Positions 20,395 to 31,405 of a DNA stretch of 64,000 nt are shown in pieces. The stretch is from an uncultured Methanosarcinaceae archaeon. GTDB lineage: Archaea > Halobacteriota > Methanosarcinia > Methanosarcinales > Methanosarcinaceae. Position 1 is the stretch's first letter. Each line of letters opens with the position of its first letter. The notes beneath the pieces are model-generated. The model saw only the letters and a list, made by a program, of their open reading frames with translations, was not told where the DNA came from and did no database searches. The stretch spans positions 256,001-320,000 of the forward strand of contig CAWJYV010000010.1 of NCBI GenBank assembly GCA_963847185.1, read 5' to 3'. The translations under genes were made by a program, and so were the position numbers.

Positions 20395-20946
20395 TCATAC
20401 GAGAACTTTTGCAGCTTCAAAAAGTTCTCTTTCAACCTCAGGTTTCGAATACCCATCCCCTCTCCAGCGTATGATTCCCTTCCCGTCCAGCAAAAATACA
20501 TAGGCGGAATTCGTATTCTCCATCACGAGGGTTTTCTGATAGCCTGAGTAGTTCCCATAAAATGTAACCACATTATCGTGCTTCTCTATGGGAATTCCAC
20601 CTCTCATTCCTGAGTCAATTATCCAGGAGAAAACCTTCCATGCCGCGTTTATCATCGGGATTTCGTAGACAATAAACCTGCTGTCTTTTCCGAATTCCTT
20701 TTCAAATGGCTGAACCCATGAATCAATCATGCTCTGGGCACTTCGTATAAAAGCAATGCATATGAGTGTCACCTTTCCTTCCACGTCCTTTGGAAGGGTT
20801 ACAACCCTGCCTGCAAGGGATTTTGATCTAATCTCAGGAAAAGGTTGCCCTATAATATTTCGTTCGACTCTCTCAGGAACCGTACCTCCTTTTAAAGTAG
20901 CCTGCTTTAAAGTACCCCACTTTAAAGTGCCCTGCTCTTCTTTTAT
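20395..20946 (-). CDS. ATP10-like thioredoxin-fold protein; start uncertain (possibly ATA at 20946)
   Basis: Frame open upstream via IGQPFPEIRSKSLAGRVVTLP; AQSMIDSW..PF and YVFLLDGKGIIRW. Confidence 0.75.
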   Translation of the reverse strand: MKEEQGTLKWGTLKQATLKGGTVPERVERNIIGQPFPEIRSKSLAGRVVTLPKDVEGKVTLICIAFIRSAQSMIDSWVQPFEKEFGKDSRFIVYEIPMINAAWKVFSWIIDSGMRGGIPIEKHDNVVTFYGNYSGYQKTLVMENTNSAYVFLLDGKGIIRWRGDGYSKPEVERELFEAAKVLV

Positions 20947-21515
20947 GAAATTCCCTCCATCACGAATTCAGAATAAAAAGCCTTGAACAAAAAATGAGCT
21001 CATTGTTATTATAATATTTCTCAACTATATGGAAATGCTTTTTTAAGCCAAATACAGGATCAGGCAATCACGGAAAAAAACGTGTTTTTATGAAATTGAA
21101 GATGATGAGAAGATAACTCATGGCTTGTAAATGAATATACAATATAACTTTTATAATTTCAAATAAGTAAAGGGTTTAATTTATACCCATTATTATTTAT
21201 AAAAAGCTTATTTTGTATAACTTTTAGCGAAATAATTCAAAAAAAAGAAAAGCTTATATTTTTTTATCTCAATACTGTTTAAAGTATTATGAATTAGCAT
21301 CTCCCTCAAAGAGATATGCTGAGATCTCGAATAAGATCATGGAATAATTAAAGCGTCTAAGAATTGCAGTTTTTCTGAAAATGTGAAGCCTTTTATTAAG
21401 AAAATCAGATTGCCTCTGGTTCTATCTTGATTTTATCTTTAAGGCTCCGTATTTAACTATTCTCAGAATTTGAATCTAGTAACCATAAATCAAAGATTGA
21501 AATCCTTTCTGGAGA

Positions 21516-22634
21516 ATGAGCAGTGTGATCACAATTAAAGTACTCAAATCCTTTCTCTTGTTGCTCTGCATAACTTTTGCTTTCTTTGTTTCAGGCTGTG
21601 CAGAAAAAGATCTCAGTGCAGATGAAATTGCAACTCAGGTGATGGAGAAAGAGAACAGTATTGAAGATTATTCGTATATAATGGACGTGACCTACTACTA
21701 CGGAGAAAAGACAACAACAACTGAATTTAAGACCATGTTCAAAAAGCCAAACCTGATTAAAAATATAGCGATAGAATCAGGAAAAGAGAACGGGACATTA
21801 CTTGTTTCGGATGGAGAGTTCACGTGGACCTATGCTCCGGATACAAATACAGTTATAAAAACAAAAATTCCTGAAGCTCAGAAATTAGGTAAAAGTGACT
21901 ACGCTCAGTTCATAAGTGGATTACTAAATGATACAAATGTAACGCTACTTGGTATTGAAGAAGTAGACAATAGATCTACCTTCTTACTGGAAACAACCCC
22001 TAAAAAAACAGCTGAGGATTATCAGCTTGTAAGCAGAACAAAAATCTGGGTAGACAAGGAAACATGGATGCCTTTAAAGTATGAAATATACGATAGCAAC
22101 AAAAATCTAACTATAAAGATTGAAATCCGAGATCTAAAAGTCAATATAGGAATTCCGGACTCTGAATTTATGTTCGACATACCTGAAGGAGCAAAAATAA
22201 AAACTGTGGACCTGGAGGAAGTTCTTGAACCGCCTGAAGAATTAACCCTTGAAGAAGCCAGAGAGCAAGCAAGCTTTGAAATTCTTACCCCAGAATACGT
22301 ACCTGAAGGCTACACATTTAATTATTCTACAGTCCACAATAACAGTGAAATTGTCCCTGATGGCCAGGCAGCCGAAACAGTCATCCTGACATACACAAAA
22401 GAGGAAGCCAGCATAATTCTTGCAGAAACTCTATATGAAGGCAAGCCAGAAGATTCTACAACTGTTGATTTTGGAGAAGATATTGAGATTAACGGGATAG
22501 AAGGAAAATACCTTGTCCTTGGGGATATGAAAATTTTAAGGTGGAAAATGGTAAATATTGATCTTAGCCTTAATGCTCCTCTGGAAAAAGCTGAGCTTTT
22601 GAAAATAGCAGAGTCAGTGTCGGTAAAAGAATAA
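21516..22634 (+). CDS. LolA-like lipoprotein with a C-terminal DUF4367-like domain
   Basis: Lipobox VSGC; VSDGEFTWTY.P, KIWVDKETWMP, IPDSEF.F..PEGA and P.YVPEGY. Confidence 0.85.
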   Translation: MSSVITIKVLKSFLLLLCITFAFFVSGCAEKDLSADEIATQVMEKENSIEDYSYIMDVTYYYGEKTTTTEFKTMFKKPNLIKNIAIESGKENGTLLVSDGEFTWTYAPDTNTVIKTKIPEAQKLGKSDYAQFISGLLNDTNVTLLGIEEVDNRSTFLLETTPKKTAEDYQLVSRTKIWVDKETWMPLKYEIYDSNKNLTIKIEIRDLKVNIGIPDSEFMFDIPEGAKIKTVDLEEVLEPPEELTLEEAREQASFEILTPEYVPEGYTFNYSTVHNNSEIVPDGQAAETVILTYTKEEASIILAETLYEGKPEDSTTVDFGEDIEINGIEGKYLVLGDMKILRWKMVNIDLSLNAPLEKAELLKIAESVSVKE

Positions 22635-22864
22635 TATTCTAATTCAGATCAAAAACGGATAAGATCGATAAAAAAATCAAATATAAAATCGAAGCAAGAA
22701 TAAAGGAGTAAAGCCCTGAAGCCTTTACCATCCTTTAAGATTATTTTTTCCATTGGTATCCGTACATCTGTGTTTTACTGATTGGTCTTGGATCTAAAAA
22801 GCATATTAATACTTTCACCCTACATTCTCAAGCCTTTTTTACCTGTTTTATCCTATCTTAGGTA

Positions 22865-23983
22865 ATGCAAGCCTCCAATTCTAAAAAAAGCAACCCTGAA
22901 AGGCGCATTACCTTTCATGTGGATATGGACAGCTTTTTTGCATCCATAGAGGTCAGAGAGAAACCAGAACTGAAAGGAATGCCTGTTATTGTTGGTTCTG
23001 ACCCTAAAAGGGGGTCAGGAAGAGGAGTTGTGAGCACCTGCTCGTACGAGGCAAGAAGCTATGGTATCCATTCTGCAATGCCTATCTCACAGGCCTACAG
23101 GCTCTGTCCAGATGCAGTCTTTTTGCCTGTGAACATGAAACTATATGCTGGGGTTTCTGCGAGAGTAATGGAACTTTTGAAGGAGTTTGCAGAAAAATTT
23201 CAGCAGACCAGTGTTGACGAAGCCTATCTTGTACCAGGGCCGGAGATAAGGAATTTTGAAGAGGCTGCCCTTTATGCCCTGAGCATAAAAGACGAAGTCC
23301 ATAAACAGGAAAGAATTACCTGTTCCGTAGGGGTTGGACCAAATAAGCTAATTGCAAAGATCGCGTCAGGCTTTCAGAAGCCCGATGGGCTTACAGTTGT
23401 CAGGCCTGCAGATGTTAGAGATTTTCTTTTTCCTTTGCATGTTTCAAAAATTCCTGGAATAGGAGAAAAAACAACAGAAACCCTGGAAGAGATGGGAATT
23501 ACCAGGGTTGAAGAGCTTGCAAACTTCGACATCCAGTTGCTTTCGCAAAGGTTTGGAAAAATGGGGTTTCGGATGAAGCAGATGGCAAATGGACTTGATT
23601 TTGAGGACGTTAAGGAGAAGGAGGGAGTAAAGTCCATAAGCAGGCACGGGACCTTTGAGGAAGACACAAATGACCCTGTAAAGATTGGGAAGACTCTGGA
23701 TATGCTTGCTGAGAGTGTGCACGATTCTCTCCTTAAACACAGTTATCTTTTCAAAACCGTGACACTAATAGTGCGTTTTGAGGACTTTTCCACGTATACA
23801 CGCTCAAAAACAGTCCCTATCTGGACTTCGGATCTCTTTGTGATTAAGAGAACAGCCATACAGCTCCTTTTGGAATTTCTCGGGAGACAAAAATTCAGGC
23901 TTGTAGGTATAGGAGTTACAAAACTCAGAGAAAGAGATGAGAGGCAGAGCCTTATTACGGACTTTATTACTGATTTTGCATGA
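22865..23983 (+). CDS. dinB: DNA polymerase IV (Y-family)
   Basis: HVDMDSFFAS, STCSYEAR, SVDEAY, AKIAS..KPDG and IPGIG. Confidence 0.96.
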   Translation: MQASNSKKSNPERRITFHVDMDSFFASIEVREKPELKGMPVIVGSDPKRGSGRGVVSTCSYEARSYGIHSAMPISQAYRLCPDAVFLPVNMKLYAGVSARVMELLKEFAEKFQQTSVDEAYLVPGPEIRNFEEAALYALSIKDEVHKQERITCSVGVGPNKLIAKIASGFQKPDGLTVVRPADVRDFLFPLHVSKIPGIGEKTTETLEEMGITRVEELANFDIQLLSQRFGKMGFRMKQMANGLDFEDVKEKEGVKSISRHGTFEEDTNDPVKIGKTLDMLAESVHDSLLKHSYLFKTVTLIVRFEDFSTYTRSKTVPIWTSDLFVIKRTAIQLLLEFLGRQKFRLVGIGVTKLRERDERQSLITDFITDFA

Positions 23984-24157
23984 CATTCTTTATTGTTCAA
24001 TCCTGTACTCTTTAGTGGTCGATTCTATTCTTTAGTGGTCGATTCTGCGTCCGATCTTCAGTTTCAAATCCGAATTATGCAGATGAGACTCAAAATAAGT
24101 TTTCCAGGGTAGACAAAATGGAATGTTTATATATTTTAAAAAGACCTTATTAGATCA

Positions 24158-25189
24158 ATGGAAAGACTTGTAAAAATGGCTTTAGCCCTTCTCATTATCA
24201 TTATCCTGACTGCGGTTATTGTTTATGCCTCACTTCCATATCTAAATTATTTTTTTGGAGCTTTCATCCTTTATATTATATTCAGATCTCTTTATCAGTT
24301 TCTCGTAAAAAAAGTGCGGATTCGAAAGCAATTTGCAGCAGTTATGGTAATAATTGTTTCGATCTTTGTTGTAATGATTCCTTTTTATTACCTTATAAGT
24401 ACAATTGTCGGAGAAATCCAGCAGCTTTTAGTTAATAGAGAATCTATCATCGTGTCTATTCAGATAGGAGGCAAATTTCTAACTCATTATATCTCAAGCC
24501 TTGATATTCCTCTTGAGACCCTCCAGACTAAGATACAGGAAAAAATAATGGATATTGCTTCTGAGTCTGTCAATTATACAAGCAAGTTTGTTCTGGGTTC
24601 TATCCAGAGTCTGAGCAGGCAATCTATAGGCTTACTGATCATGTATTTTTTGCTTTATTATCTTTTGACAGGAGAAGACTCGGATTTTGCACATAAAGTA
24701 CATCTCGCAATTCCATTCAATGAAGAAAATACAGCCACTCTTCTGGATGAGTTTAAAAGAATTGTCCGGACAACTCTTACGGCCAGCGGGGCTGTAGCCT
24801 TTGTCCAAGGAGGGATTCTGACCATCACTTTTCTCTTTTTTGATGTCCAGGGAGCTTTTCTCTGGGGTTCTATTGCAGCAATCCTTTCTTTTTTGCCTGT
24901 TGTCGGAGCTCCTCTGGTCTGGGTTCCTGCAGCCATCATACAGTTCCTTCAGGCGGATTACATTGCAGGAATTGCTATCCTTGCAGCAGGAGTCTTTGTA
25001 AGTGTTATAGACAACTTCCTGAGGCCTGTTATCCAGAAAAAAGTCGGGGAAATCCATCCTCTTCTTTCCCTTCTCGGGATTGTAATAGGTGTGTCCCTTT
25101 TCGGCTTAATAGGAATTGTTATAGGCCCCCTTTTACTGTCTTACTTCATCCTGACCGTTGAAATGTTTTCAAGAGAGTATCTTTCTTAG
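24158..25189 (+). CDS. AI-2E family transporter
   Basis: PVVGAPLVWVP, IDNFLRP and G..G...GP motifs. Confidence 0.9.
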   Translation: MERLVKMALALLIIIILTAVIVYASLPYLNYFFGAFILYIIFRSLYQFLVKKVRIRKQFAAVMVIIVSIFVVMIPFYYLISTIVGEIQQLLVNRESIIVSIQIGGKFLTHYISSLDIPLETLQTKIQEKIMDIASESVNYTSKFVLGSIQSLSRQSIGLLIMYFLLYYLLTGEDSDFAHKVHLAIPFNEENTATLLDEFKRIVRTTLTASGAVAFVQGGILTITFLFFDVQGAFLWGSIAAILSFLPVVGAPLVWVPAAIIQFLQADYIAGIAILAAGVFVSVIDNFLRPVIQKKVGEIHPLLSLLGIVIGVSLFGLIGIVIGPLLLSYFILTVEMFSREYLS

Positions 25190-25219
25190 ACGGAGCGAAT
25201 TTCTTAGAAGGAACGAAAT

Positions 25220-26129
25220 GTGCAGATAGAAATCCTGGGATGCGAATCTTTTGGGGCAAGATCTCTTGCCTGCGTTGTAAAGACTGATGAAAGAAAGGTT
25301 CTAATTGATCCGGGGGTCGCCCTTGCACGTTTACGTTCCGGGCTACTCCCTCACCCTTTGGAAGTTGCTGCTGCCTTAAGGATAAGAGAAAAAATCCTTT
25401 TTGCGTTTGAAGAAGCAACAGACCTTGTTATCAGCCATTACCACGGGGATCATATGCCAATGAAGTCTGAAGATCCATACCAGCTACCTGTGGAATCCCT
25501 TCCTTCCCTTGGAGGAATAAGTTTCTGGTGCAAAGGTTCTGAAAAAATTTCAGGCCTTTCTGCAAGGCGAAGAAACGAATTCGTCTGATTTTCTAGGTTT
25601 CTCTCTTCCTGCTTCTGAAGGCAGGAGTTCTGAAAATATTGATTTTTCATTTCCTGTCCCGCACGGGGTCCGAGGCAAGGGTTTTGGAACCGTAATGATG
25701 ACCCGTATCTATGAAGGAGATGAGGTTTTTGTTCACGCTTCGGACATCCAGCTGCTGGACAGGGAAGCAGTCCTTGAGGTGCTTGCCTGGAAACCTACAA
25801 TTGTTTTTGCCTCAGGCCCTCCTCTTTATCTTTCTCAGCGTGTTCCTGAGGTCAGAAAAGAAGCCTTTGAAAACGCCCTTCTTCTTGCAAGAAGTGTAGA
25901 CACATTGATTCTGGATCATCACCTGCTAAGGTCTTTTGAGGGCTACACGTGGTTAAAAGAGCTTGCTGAAAAGGTGGAGAACAGAGTTCTGTGTGCTGCG
26001 GAGTTTATGGGAAAAAAACCTGAGCTTCTTGAAGCTCAAAGAAAAATCCTTTATGAAAAATTGCACGTGCCTTCAGGATGGCATGAAGCCTATGCAAATG
26101 GTAAGGCGGGTTTTGAGAAATATGTCTGA
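25220..26129 (+). pseudogene. MBL-fold metallo-hydrolase (UPF0282-like), +1 frameshift near 25583
   Basis: ESFGARS, IDPG and SHYHGDH in frame 1; SDFLG..PVPHG, HASDIQ and DHHLLR in the next frame. Confidence 0.85.
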
Positions 26130-26354
26130 CAGGGTTTTGGGGAATATATCCTCTCGTGTTGTGTCAGCGATAAAATATCGTATAATTCGATTATAACAAT
26201 TCAGAATTTTTCAACTCTTGATGATTGACGAGACACTAGGACTTTGAGGATATGTCTGATAGAAATTTGAGAAGATATCTTACAGGCTGTCATTATCTGC
26301 CAGTATACAGAATTCTCTTCAAACCTCGTGCTTTTTGGTCAGAAGGCAGCTGTT

Positions 26355-27173
26355 TCAGATAGATCGATCGCTGTAGTTATTTATATCTTGAATCCGTCTG
26401 GAGAATCGCTCGTAGTAATCATACAGTTCTTTTCCCCAGGCCAGAGCACCGGGCTCAAAGCTAATAAGATATTTCCGGTCAAAGACAGTATTTTTCGGGA
26501 AAAGAGCAATTGCCATAAAATTGTCTGCCGATAAGACAGCAGGAATTCTTTCGCAGTCAGAGCAGACGAAAAGTCTGGCATTTTCTAATTGTATAAATTT
26601 TTCAGTTTGTTCTCTGTAGTCTTCAACCCACCTTTTCAGGACAGCTTCAGGAAGAACGAGTGATATAGGCACTCCTTTTTCGGCAATTCCGAGATAGAAG
26701 GAAGGAAAGAGAGGATGAAAATAAGGAAGTGCAATTTCCAGCTTTTTTGCCATTTCCGCATTTTTAACGTACTCTGGAATCAGCTCAAATATCTGGTCTA
26801 TCTGTGGTTCGATTGTAGTGGAGTGCCCAATCTCATTGATGCGCCGCAAAAGAAAAAGAGGAATCTCGCTTATTTCTCTGTTAGCCCAGTAATCTGCGTT
26901 TTCTTCTAGAACAGAAAGAGTATCTACAAGAGGTTTCATTTTATCCGCAATAATTTTTCCTATCTCACTGAGCCTGTAGAGACCTTTATCCTGAACCACA
27001 AGGTGCTTTTCTTTGAGCATCTTTACCTGCGGCTGAAGTGAGGTTGCACTGGCATTGAGAGCTTTTTTAATTGTTTCTATATCCTTTGGCCCTTCAAGCA
27101 GGAGGAGAAGCACATTTTTCCTTTTTTCGGAGAGGAGAATGAGATCAAGTAAAGAGTTTTCCATATTATGCAC
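26355..27173 (-). CDS. Winged HTH transcriptional regulator (Methanosarcina DUF1724-type)
   Basis: SEKRKNVLLLL.EGPK...Y.LS.IG; ALAWGKELYDYY C-terminus. Confidence 0.88.
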   Translation of the reverse strand: MHNMENSLLDLILLSEKRKNVLLLLLEGPKDIETIKKALNASATSLQPQVKMLKEKHLVVQDKGLYRLSEIGKIIADKMKPLVDTLSVLEENADYWANREISEIPLFLLRRINEIGHSTTIEPQIDQIFELIPEYVKNAEMAKKLEIALPYFHPLFPSFYLGIAEKGVPISLVLPEAVLKRWVEDYREQTEKFIQLENARLFVCSDCERIPAVLSADNFMAIALFPKNTVFDRKYLISFEPGALAWGKELYDYYERFSRRIQDINNYSDRSI

Positions 27174-27474
27174 CTAAACCAGACGCTTATAGTCTCATAG
27201 TAATTAAGATACTGAACTTGTGTAATTATAAAGGATACACGACAAATCCAAGATCTGCTAGTGTACCGAAATGTGCTCGTACATTGACTTATGCTTGTAC
27301 ATGAAGTATACTCGTGAACCTGTAGATTTATACTCGTGAACCTGTAGACCTGAAGATTTGTTATTGATATATTATTCCTTCCAGTTATAAACCCATACAT
27401 TTTAATTTTTCATTTTTTATAAAATAATTTTTGTGAGTGTTATTTTACTCTTAGGAATTTTTTATTAAAAAATT

Positions 27475-28298
27475 GTATCCTCTTCAAATTGAGTGGAAAG
27501 CTCTCACTTTCAACTTAATGGCTTTTTTCTCCGAGCAGTTGAACCAGAGACGGCATTCCAAATGTGTTTCCGACTCTCTCACATATATACTCATATGCAC
27601 TTGCACCCAGTTTCTTTGCTGTCTGGACAATCGTCGTAAATGTATCATTTGCCTTTGTTCCTTTCTCTGTTATGGTTTGAAGGCTCACATCTCTTTTCCT
27701 GACCTTTGCCCTCGCCGCTAGTTCCGCTGCATAACAATGCAGCGGAACATCTGGCAAAACCACTACCTTCAATAAATGTTCCTTTTTCTCTTTCGTCTGC
27801 CGATTCTTTTATCCAGCTGTTCATATCCTGTCATAGTCGAAAATTCTCCCATCATGAATCCAGCAAAGAGCATGGTGATATGCAATTCACTTGAATTGAC
27901 GTGCATCATCACTCAGAAGCGTGGTAACCACAGGTATGTCTGTACTTTGATGATGTGCCGCAATTGCACAGGCTTCAAGAACTTTCTTCTTGGAGCCACG
28001 AATATTAGGTTTGGTTTGTTCACCTTTGAGTAGGTTGATTTCGTCTCGAAGTTTTTGGTTATCTGCCTTGATAAATTCAATCTCCTCATTCTGTTTTTCA
28101 ATGATATAAAACAGAATGCGAAAAGCTGTGGCATATATTTCATCCTTAATTTCATCAGGATTGATGTCCAGTAAAGCCAGTAATTGTTTTAAAGCTTCGA
28201 ATTTTCCATTTTTTACTCCAAAATAGGATAAGGGGAAATGGAACAACTATTATATTTTTCATGTAATTGAAAAAAAATATCTAATTTGAAGAGGATAC
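27475..28298 (-). mobile_element. Internally deleted IS66-family element
   Basis: Perfect TIR GTATCCTCTTCAAATT / AATTTGAAGAGGATAC; transposase N-terminal (LRDEINLLKGEQ) and C-terminal (AAELAARAKVRKRDVS) fragments. Confidence 0.88.
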
Positions 28299-28339
28299 AG
28301 TGAAATCCTTTAATACCTTGTCAAGGGTTTAACACGAGC

Positions 28340-28873
28340 ATGAAGAAAATTGTTTTGTTGCGTCTGGGGCACCGCCCTGAAAGGGATAAAAGGATCACCA
28401 CACATGTGGGCTTAACAGCCCGGCTCCTTGGCGCAGACGGTATGCTCCTTGCCTCTGATGACTCAGGTATAGTGCAGACTATTGAGGATGTTGTCAGGCG
28501 CTGGGGCGGGAATTTTTATGTAAAAAATAATGTCAATTTTAAGCAGGAAATCAGGGAATGGAAAGCTGAAGGGGGAAAAGTCTGCCACCTTTCCATGTAC
28601 GGAGTCAATCTTCCAGATGTTACTGCTGAACTTAAAAAGTGCGAAAAACTTATGATTGTCGTAGGTGCGGAGAAAGTTCCTCCGGAAATTTACCAGCTTG
28701 CAGACTGGAACGTTGCTGTTGGCAGTCAGCCCCATTCCGAAGTTGCGGCTGTCGCGATTACTATGGACAGAATTGCAGATGCTGAACCGCTCGAAAAGGA
28801 ATTCACTAATGCTGAACTGACAATTGTTCCTACCGAAAGAGGCAAACAGGTTATAGAAAATATGAAGGATTAA
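28340..28873 (+). CDS. trm56: tRNA (cytidine(56)-2'-O)-methyltransferase
   Basis: LRLGHRPERDKRITTHV, VVGAEKVP and QPHSEVAA. Confidence 0.96.
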   Translation: MKKIVLLRLGHRPERDKRITTHVGLTARLLGADGMLLASDDSGIVQTIEDVVRRWGGNFYVKNNVNFKQEIREWKAEGGKVCHLSMYGVNLPDVTAELKKCEKLMIVVGAEKVPPEIYQLADWNVAVGSQPHSEVAAVAITMDRIADAEPLEKEFTNAELTIVPTERGKQVIENMKD

Positions 28874-29149
28874 GCCTGCTCCTTTTTACTCCTCTTCACA
28901 GCCCGTATTCTTTAATTTTTCAGGGTTTCTTATGTTGACACAATTCCATAATTTAGTGATTTCTCATTTTTTCCTTCCTTAAAACTTCTCTTTTCTCTGC
29001 GAAGTGCTTAAATAAACTTTAATAATCTTTGAGAAGCAATTTATTTGGCATTCCTGCCAAAGAATTCTTTCATTGATGTTTTCATGATTAATTTTCCAAT
29101 AGTACGCTTACACTTTTCATCAATAGCACTGTTAGCGATCTTCAACCTA

Positions 29150-29430
29150 CACTGAATACCTTACTGATATTGCAAGAACCTGAAACAGTATGGAATGCCT
29201 TTAATTCCGGAACAGATTTCATTGCTTAATAACACAAATGAAAATCTTCTTCTGAGGAAAGGAGTGAAATCAGAAAATATCAGGGACGAGAATTCAATGT
29301 TCAAGAACAATAAAGCTTTTTGTGGAGAATAATGGCAAAATCTTTGCATGTGGAACTTGTCTGAAAACAAGGAAATGGAAGGAAGAGAGTTTGTCCGATC
29401 TCAACCATGCGTGATATGCTCCATATAGTT
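29150..29430 (+). pseudogene. Degraded DsrE family gene
   Basis: Fragments PETVWNAF, KGVKSENIRDE and KLFVENNGKIFACGTCLK in shifting frames. Confidence 0.6.
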
Positions 29431-29549
29431 GAAGAATCTGACAAAATTTTGACATTTGGTTAAGCCAATTCCCAAATTTATTTTTTAAAAACAAAAGCAT
29501 CCAATTACGGGAAAACAGCGATAAGGCATTCGTCAACATCGAGTAAGTA

Positions 29550-30542
29550 TTATTTCTTCAATCCTTTTATCAGCTCTGCGACGTTACCCATAAATTCTAG
29601 GCCAGCGTTTCTCCCTGTCCCTGAATAGATAGGCTCCACTCTAGGACCATTTTTCCGTAATAAAGTTACATTGATACTGGAATGTAGCGACTCGTTGACC
29701 TTTGCCGTCATATCTCCCAGTCTTGGTGCTGGTAGCTCGACACCTTCCGACCTATCCGCATCGATGTCGAGCCGGTATACCTTATTTTCCAGCCGGACCC
29801 GAATGTTATCGTCAGTTACATCGAGACAGGTGACCCTTGTTCCGGAATAAGTAGTAAATTTGTACAATTTTTTGTCATATAAGAAGCCAAAGATATAACC
29901 TGTGAAATAATTGCCTAGCCAAGGAATCTTCGCGATCGAGCCCGAAAGTGATACCCCCTCTCGATCAAAATGGTTTGTCTGCATCCAAATCCAAGAGGAA
30001 GGCATTGAAGATCCCCAATCCTTTTCTATGTAGCCCCTACCACAGCTGAGGTCCGTCCTTATGCTATCAGCTTCAATGAACCCCTCTATGGTATGGTCCA
30101 TACTCAGTATGCCGTGATAGCATTCCATACCTGGAACGAATGCATACCAGCCCATCACTCCAGGAGACAGCAATTTCACGGGCCAGGGATGCGTGTCCTT
30201 GAAACTGATTTGGGCAGATATTCGGTCTCCACCCTGCTCAATATTGAGACTCATCTCGTGAATACTGAACGAAGATCTGCCAATCGTAAGCTCGAAATTC
30301 TTATCACTCGTCTTAAGCTCATCAAGAGGATACCTAAAATAATGCATTCGCTTCTCTCTGGCATCCAGGAACATAACAAATGCATGGGACTTCAACGGAT
30401 CTCTGGTTATAGAGACACCTGGGATAACAGCATAGGCATTCTTTTCGCTGCGATCCACCATCTTAAAATACCAACCCTCAAAAAAATCCTTCTTCTTTTT
30501 CCTGCCGTGGAATATTTCTGGCTTCCAGATATCGAACATCAT
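29550..30542 (-). CDS. Tocopherol cyclase family protein
   Basis: FFEGWYFK, MECYHGILSM and GYIEKDWGSSMP..WIWMQ; start placed at MMFDIW. Confidence 0.85.
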   Translation of the reverse strand: MMFDIWKPEIFHGRKKKKDFFEGWYFKMVDRSEKNAYAVIPGVSITRDPLKSHAFVMFLDAREKRMHYFRYPLDELKTSDKNFELTIGRSSFSIHEMSLNIEQGGDRISAQISFKDTHPWPVKLLSPGVMGWYAFVPGMECYHGILSMDHTIEGFIEADSIRTDLSCGRGYIEKDWGSSMPSSWIWMQTNHFDREGVSLSGSIAKIPWLGNYFTGYIFGFLYDKKLYKFTTYSGTRVTCLDVTDDNIRVRLENKVYRLDIDADRSEGVELPAPRLGDMTAKVNESLHSSINVTLLRKNGPRVEPIYSGTGRNAGLEFMGNVAELIKGLKK

Positions 30543-31405
30543 ATATGGCAGGAAGGGTATCGTTAAAAACCTTATTGATAATCTCTGCTCTCGTACGCCT
30601 AAATAAGTACGGAAACCTAATGTACGCAAGAAAAGGAGATAGGGATATATCCAGGTTTACATCCCTCCGCTCCTAGTAATAGCTTCAATTACTTCAAATC
30701 GGTAGCAAATTAATTCCTCTTCCCTCTCCATCAACTCTTCAATCAATCGCAAATTGTCCGTTTTAGGATTCCACTTTGCAATTTTCGATTCTTGAAGTTT
30801 GACCACGGTTTTCGTCAATTACTTTAATTGTTTATGGGTTTAGTGTCAAGCCCGTACACACTTTCTTGTTTGAAACTATTTTTCCTCCCATAATAATATC
30901 CATCTTAGATGTAGGGTTGAATGTAAAAGTGCATACAGTTGAAGTCTGCGTCTAATACAGGGTTTCCACCCAGACCAAAGGCGGTAGGTTCAGAGAGCTC
31001 ATTCTCATAGGTATTCGTGCGTTCAAATTGCATACTCGTACCGATATAAGTAATTACTATTCTTTACTCAGATCATTTGTTTTCAAATAAACATTAGAAT
31101 AATGACGAAAATATGAAATCCATTTATATTTGAAAATATATATAAATATAAACTAAACTTATTAAATCTTAAATATGATTATAGATAACTAATAACCACT
31201 ATTGTCTATAATAAACTCTAGAATATGCAAAATAGCATCAGGAACTGCCCCTTATTTTAATATTATGTATGGAGAAAGTGTAAATCACAATTACTTCTTT
31301 TACTTGCTGATAAATAATGAGAGTATTCAATTTACGAAGATTGGAGAGAATGTTCAAAAGTTCATAAAAAATAGGGCTAGTTGCTGAATTAAAGAGGACA
31401 ATTGA

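Noticed and set aside
30640-30666. AGGGATATATCCAGGTTTACATCCCT as a second casposon TIR
   Set aside because: Only the first few bases resemble the 14345-14377 repeat; no subterminal match or target duplication
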